From positions 62,001-116,464 of the forward strand of contig CAYUVA010000005.1 in NCBI GenBank assembly GCA_964448115.1: DNA of 54,464 nt. The letters run 5' to 3'. Origin of the DNA: an uncultured bacterium (GTDB lineage: Bacteria > CAYUVA01). The notes beneath the pieces were generated by a model. It did not search any database and was not told where the DNA came from. It saw only the letters and a list, made by a program, of their open reading frames with translations. The position numbers and the translations under genes were made by a program. Below are positions 50,791-54,464 of this stretch, piece by piece (the stretch's first letter is position 1; every line of letters begins with the position of its first letter).

Positions 50791-51477
50791 ATGCAGGCAA
50801 ACGACAACCAGGACAGCTACTCCATAACCGGCACCGTCGCCAGGCGAAAAGGCAAGTTCCCCCACTACAACTATCCGCCGATTCTCGACATGATCTATGC
50901 GCCGAGAAGCGAGCAGGAGAATAAATTGGTCGATCTAGGATGCGGGCTGGCTGAGGTGGCTCGCGTGGCAAGGGATCGCGGGTGGAAGGTTACCACGGTA
51001 GATAATTCCGAGATGATGGTGAACTATGCCGAATCGCTTGGCTTCGAGTCGATCCTGGCTGATCTGTCCAAGCCGATTCCAATCGATGATGACAGCTTCG
51101 ATTTCTGCCTTGCGGTCGATGTCGCCCAGTACATCCCTCACTGCGAGGGCTTTTTCTCCGAGATCACCCGCATCGTGAAGCCGGAAGGCTTGATCCTGTT
51201 CGGCACTGAGAACTACGCATCGCTGAGCAGCCGCCTGCGCCACTTGTGGGGACTGCCCCCGCGCAACGAGGGAAGGCAGATTCGCTCCTTTACCAAGAGC
51301 ACCCTGTTTCGGCTATTTGAGCAGCAACGATGGCGTCTGGTCAGGCGAAACTGCTACAACCGAGATTTCCCGTTTTTGCGCCCGGTGCCTTTTTTCATGG
51401 AGTCCTGGTTCGCCAAGAAGCTGATCTACCTTTTGCAAAACATGAAAAATTTGGACGATGAGGAAGACCTCGATTGA
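50791..51477 (+). CDS. class I SAM-dependent methyltransferase
   Basis: LVDLGCGLA, PIDDDSFD, RIVKPEG. Confidence 0.85.
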   Translation: MQANDNQDSYSITGTVARRKGKFPHYNYPPILDMIYAPRSEQENKLVDLGCGLAEVARVARDRGWKVTTVDNSEMMVNYAESLGFESILADLSKPIPIDDDSFDFCLAVDVAQYIPHCEGFFSEITRIVKPEGLILFGTENYASLSSRLRHLWGLPPRNEGRQIRSFTKSTLFRLFEQQRWRLVRRNCYNRDFPFLRPVPFFMESWFAKKLIYLLQNMKNLDDEEDLD

Positions 51478-51524
51478 AAGATGAAACCCTCAACCCTGGA
51501 ATCTTTCTCAAAACTGCCCAAACA

Positions 51525-51696
51525 TGCCATCCCGAGCGAAGCGAACCATGTCTCAATCCCTGTCATCCCGAGCGGAGCGACTGAAAGGAGCGGAGTCAAG
51601 GGATATCAGACCCCCTTTCATCCCCTTGCAAGCGGGGAGAATATAGAGGAAAGATTCCTCGACTCGGTCGCCAGAGTTCCCTAGCTCGAAATGATA
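51525..51696. repeat. REP/MITE-like imperfect hairpin element with a partial second copy
   Basis: TG(C/T)CATCCCGAGCG(A/G)AGCGA at 51525 and 51561. TGTCATCCCGAGC..GAGTCAAGGGATATC pairs imperfectly with GATTCCTCGACTC..GCTCGAAATGATA. Confidence 0.6.
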
Positions 51697-51759
51697 GGTT
51701 AAGGGACTTCTTGGACATTTTGAGGAAGCCTTCCCTGGGAGAGTCCTAGGATGAGGGCA

Positions 51760-51843
51760 AAAAACTCCCTCCCCGTTCACGGGGAGGGCAGGGGTGGGGG
51801 TAAAAACTCCCTCCCCGTTCACGGGGAGGGCAGGGGTGGGGGT
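51760..51843. repeat. exact 42-bp tandem repeat (two copies) with internal hairpin
   Basis: AAAAACTCCCTCCCCGTTCACGGGGAGGGCAGGGGTGGGGGT at 51760 and 51802; stem CCCTCCCCG / CGGGGAGGG. Confidence 0.9.
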
Positions 51844-51869
51844 CATTAAAAACGACTCTAAACAATGTT

Positions 51870-52373
51870 ATGAAGCACGACACTGAAAAGCCGATCAAGG
51901 CAGCGGTTTTAACCATCTCGGATCGTTGCAGTCGCGGCGAGGCTGAGGACAAAAGCGGTCCCGCCATCGTCGAGCTGCTGCTTAGTTGGGGTATGGAGGT
52001 CATCTATCGCGACATCATACCCGATGAGCTTGAGCTTATCCGCGCCAGGTTAGTGGAGGTGTGCGATAAGCTAGGCGCTGAATTGGTTATCACCACTGGT
52101 GGCACCGGTTTTTCGCCGCGTGATGTAACCCCGGAGGCGACGCTGAGAGTCATAGAGCGCCAGGCACCTGGCTTAGCCGAGTTTATGCGTGTAAAGGGCG
52201 CGGAGATCACGCCTCATGCGGTTTTATCGAGGGGTATCTGTGGCATACGGGGTCGGAGTTTAATCATCAACCTTCCTGGCAGCCGCAAGGCATGCCTAGA
52301 GAACCTAAACATCATCGAATCCCCCCTCCTTCACGGCTTGGACATCCTGCTAGGTAGAAGCAGTTTCCATTAG
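51870..52373 (+). CDS. MogA/MoaB family molybdenum cofactor biosynthesis protein
   Basis: LTISDR, DKSG, TTGGTGFSPRDVTPEAT, SRG, NLPGS. Confidence 0.93.
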   Translation: MKHDTEKPIKAAVLTISDRCSRGEAEDKSGPAIVELLLSWGMEVIYRDIIPDELELIRARLVEVCDKLGAELVITTGGTGFSPRDVTPEATLRVIERQAPGLAEFMRVKGAEITPHAVLSRGICGIRGRSLIINLPGSRKACLENLNIIESPLLHGLDILLGRSSFH

Positions 52374-52374
52374 G

Positions 52375-52403
52375 TTGACACTTGTTTTGAAATCAGTTAT
52401 AAG
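52375..52403 (+). promoter_or_regulatory. possible sigma70 promoter for the helicase remnant
   Basis: TTGACA (52375-52380), 17-bp spacer, TATAAG. Confidence 0.4.
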
Positions 52404-52412
52404 AATATAGCT

Positions 52413-53925
52413 ATGATAGAAGAGTTTATTAATAAATTACGAGAGAACGATGCAATTCGAGATGAAAAAAGTCCTTACTTACAAGGCGATCCTGATCGAA
52501 TAAGCATTAAGAGAACTATATAGCAGACATCCCCCTTTTGATGAGAATAACATTATCGATCAACTAAATCCTATCATACGAAAAGCACTTATTGAATGTG
52601 GATACCACAAACTATATAAACATCAGGCAGAAGCTATTGAACATTCACTTTCGGGGAAAAATGTTGTGCTAGAATCACCAACAGCAAGTGGAAAAACACT
52701 AGCATTTACTATTCCAATGTTTGATATGTTGTTAACTGATAGAAATAGCTATGCAATGATTATACATCCAATGAAAGCTCTGACCAATGATCAAAGAAGA
52801 CAAGTAACCGATCTAGCTAAATTAATGACAGAGGGTCGAAGAATTGAATCCTGGCCTTATGATGGTGATACTCTGGAACATGAGCGGAAAGCCTTAAGAG
52901 AACGTCCACCATCTATTATTTTTACTAATCCTGAAATGATTCACCTTTCATTTCTTGGGCATTCAAATCTATGGCTTCAATTTTTAAAAAATTTGCGATA
53001 TATTGTTATTGATGAAATACATGAATATAGAGGTTTCTTTGGAACTAATTTATCTCTTTTACTAAGGAGATTTCTATTAAAACTAAATAGACTTGGAGTA
53101 AATCCTCAACTTTTTTTAACAACTGCAACATGTAATAATCCACTCGAACATGCAAGAAACTTAACAGGACAGGATTTTAAATTAATTCAAGCACGGGAAA
53201 AGATGAGTCCACATAGAGTTTTCTTATTCATTAATCCTCAAATACCTGATTATTATTTTTATAATATTTTCAAATTAAGAATAGCAAAGGCGGCTATTAC
53301 TTGTTTAATTATGGATTTATCTACCTTAATTTTCTGTCCATCAAGAAAGTTTACTGAAGAGGTTTGGAGAAAGACAAAAAGAGAAGCAGAAGAAATAGGA
53401 TTAGATTTTTCTCAAATAATTCCATATAGAAGTGGTTATTCTCCCGAACAAAGAAGAAATATAGAGGAAGGGCTTAGAGAAGGGAAATATAAAGTTGTTT
53501 TTTCAACTAATGCATTAGAATTAGGAATTGATATTGGTAAGCTAGATGTTTGTATTCTTGCCGGATTCCCAGACAATGTTATGTCCGCATGGCAAAGAAT
53601 TGGTCGTGTTGGAAGGGATTGGGATAAAACAGCATATTGTTTATATTATGCATTTAATAATGCATATGATCAATTTTATGCAGAAAATATTGATATCTTT
53701 CTTAATAAGCCTTTAGATGAGATTTTTATTGGAAACAATAATGATGAATTAATAATTAAACATATACCATTTCTACTACATGAATGTGAATGGAATATTA
53801 ATGATAATAATAAAAATATATTAGGTCAAACTTTTTATGATCATGCTCTATATACATTTCATGATCCTTCGGAAAAATATGATCCAATAATTCATGGATG
53901 GGTAAAAATACAATCATTCCTTTAA
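52413..53925 (+). pseudogene. DEAH-box SF2 helicase (YprA/MrfA/Hrq1-like), frameshifted and C-terminally truncated
   Basis: The ATG 52413 frame stops at 52523. The helicase frame is open from 52504 with no start codon until 52666 and carries LYKHQAEAI, PTASGKT, DEIH, TAT, TNALELGIDIG, QRIGRVGR. No DUF1998 Cys domain before the stop; strongly AT-rich. Confidence 0.7.
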
Positions 53926-53973
53926 TATAGATAATTTTTTATTATTTAATAAATATATTATAAGGAGTAATGT

Positions 53974-54464
53974 ATGAAATTCAAATTCCATGCTGGGGAG
54001 AGGGAGATAGAACAGGTGCTGGAGAGGTTCGAGTTCCCGCAGGACTTCCTATGGGGAACGGCGAGCGCTTCCTACCAGGTCGAGGGCGGACTCAACGGAC
54101 CCAATGACCCTAAAAATAACTGGTACGGCTGGGAAGGGTCCGGTGAGCGAGAGATCACCGGCATAAGCTGCAACTACTGGGAAAGATACCCCGAAGATAT
54201 CGAGCGTGCCAAGTGGCTTGGGCTGAACACCCTGCGCATGAGCTTAGAATGGGCGAGGCTGCAACCGGCAATTGACCCGCTGGTTACCGAGCCACCACCC
54301 TTTGATGACCAGGCTGCGCAACACTACGCTAAGATCATCGCCACCCTGTGCAAGGCGGGCATAAAACCGCTCATCTCACTCTCGCACATAACCCATCCCT
54401 ACTGGGCGGGGCTTAATCTCTGGCTGGATCGAGCAAAGTGCAGCGAGCTTTTCATCGAGTACAT
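53974..54464 (+). CDS. glycoside hydrolase family 1 (beta-glucosidase-like), 3'-partial
   Basis: Absent from the ORF track because it runs off the end. AAGGAG RBS; FPQDFLWGTASASYQVEG, YWERYPEDI, RMSLEWARL. Confidence 0.9.
   Translation, partial: MKFKFHAGEREIEQVLERFEFPQDFLWGTASASYQVEGGLNGPNDPKNNWYGWEGSGEREITGISCNYWERYPEDIERAKWLGLNTLRMSLEWARLQPAIDPLVTEPPPFDDQAAQHYAKIIATLCKAGIKPLISLSHITHPYWAGLNLWLDRAKCSELFIEY

Noticed and set aside
51760-51843. CRISPR array
   Set aside because: Only two directly abutting copies, with no spacers and no cas genes.
51481-51846. Small ORFs 51481-51684(+) and 51553-51846(-)
   Set aside because: They are translations of the repeat elements.

Overview
Chromosomal segment of a diderm bacterium, probably an uncultured lineage (FadL-type outer-membrane protein, lipoprotein and SPOR protein present). 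No prophage, CRISPR or transposase was recognised. Housekeeping genes: rpsT, purN/purM, an HtrA protease, glnA, an EF-G paralogue, tRNA-Ser(GGA), a large-type SRP RNA, a thiolase, a split F0 ATP-synthase block (atpZ/I/B/E), queA and mogA/moaB. Notable items: (1) three large secreted proteins with unrelated N-terminal cargo all end in a Pro/Thr-rich linker region and the same ~105-aa C-terminal domain (four copies in total), a candidate lineage-specific sorting or anchoring signal; two GT-C-like+TPR membrane proteins nearby could glycosylate the linkers. (2) An archaeal-type gatE directly follows glnA, with no gatD in the window, and a DRG-type GTPase lies nearby. (3) A NuoF-GltD fusion, an FeS subunit and an FMN glutamate-synthase-like protein form one cluster. 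(4) There are five radical SAM genes. (5) Non-coding elements include a parS-like site beside a very AT-rich tract, a perfect 32-bp palindrome and REP-like repeats. (6) An AT-rich, frameshifted and truncated DEAH-helicase remnant. All calls come from manual motif recognition; no database searches were run.
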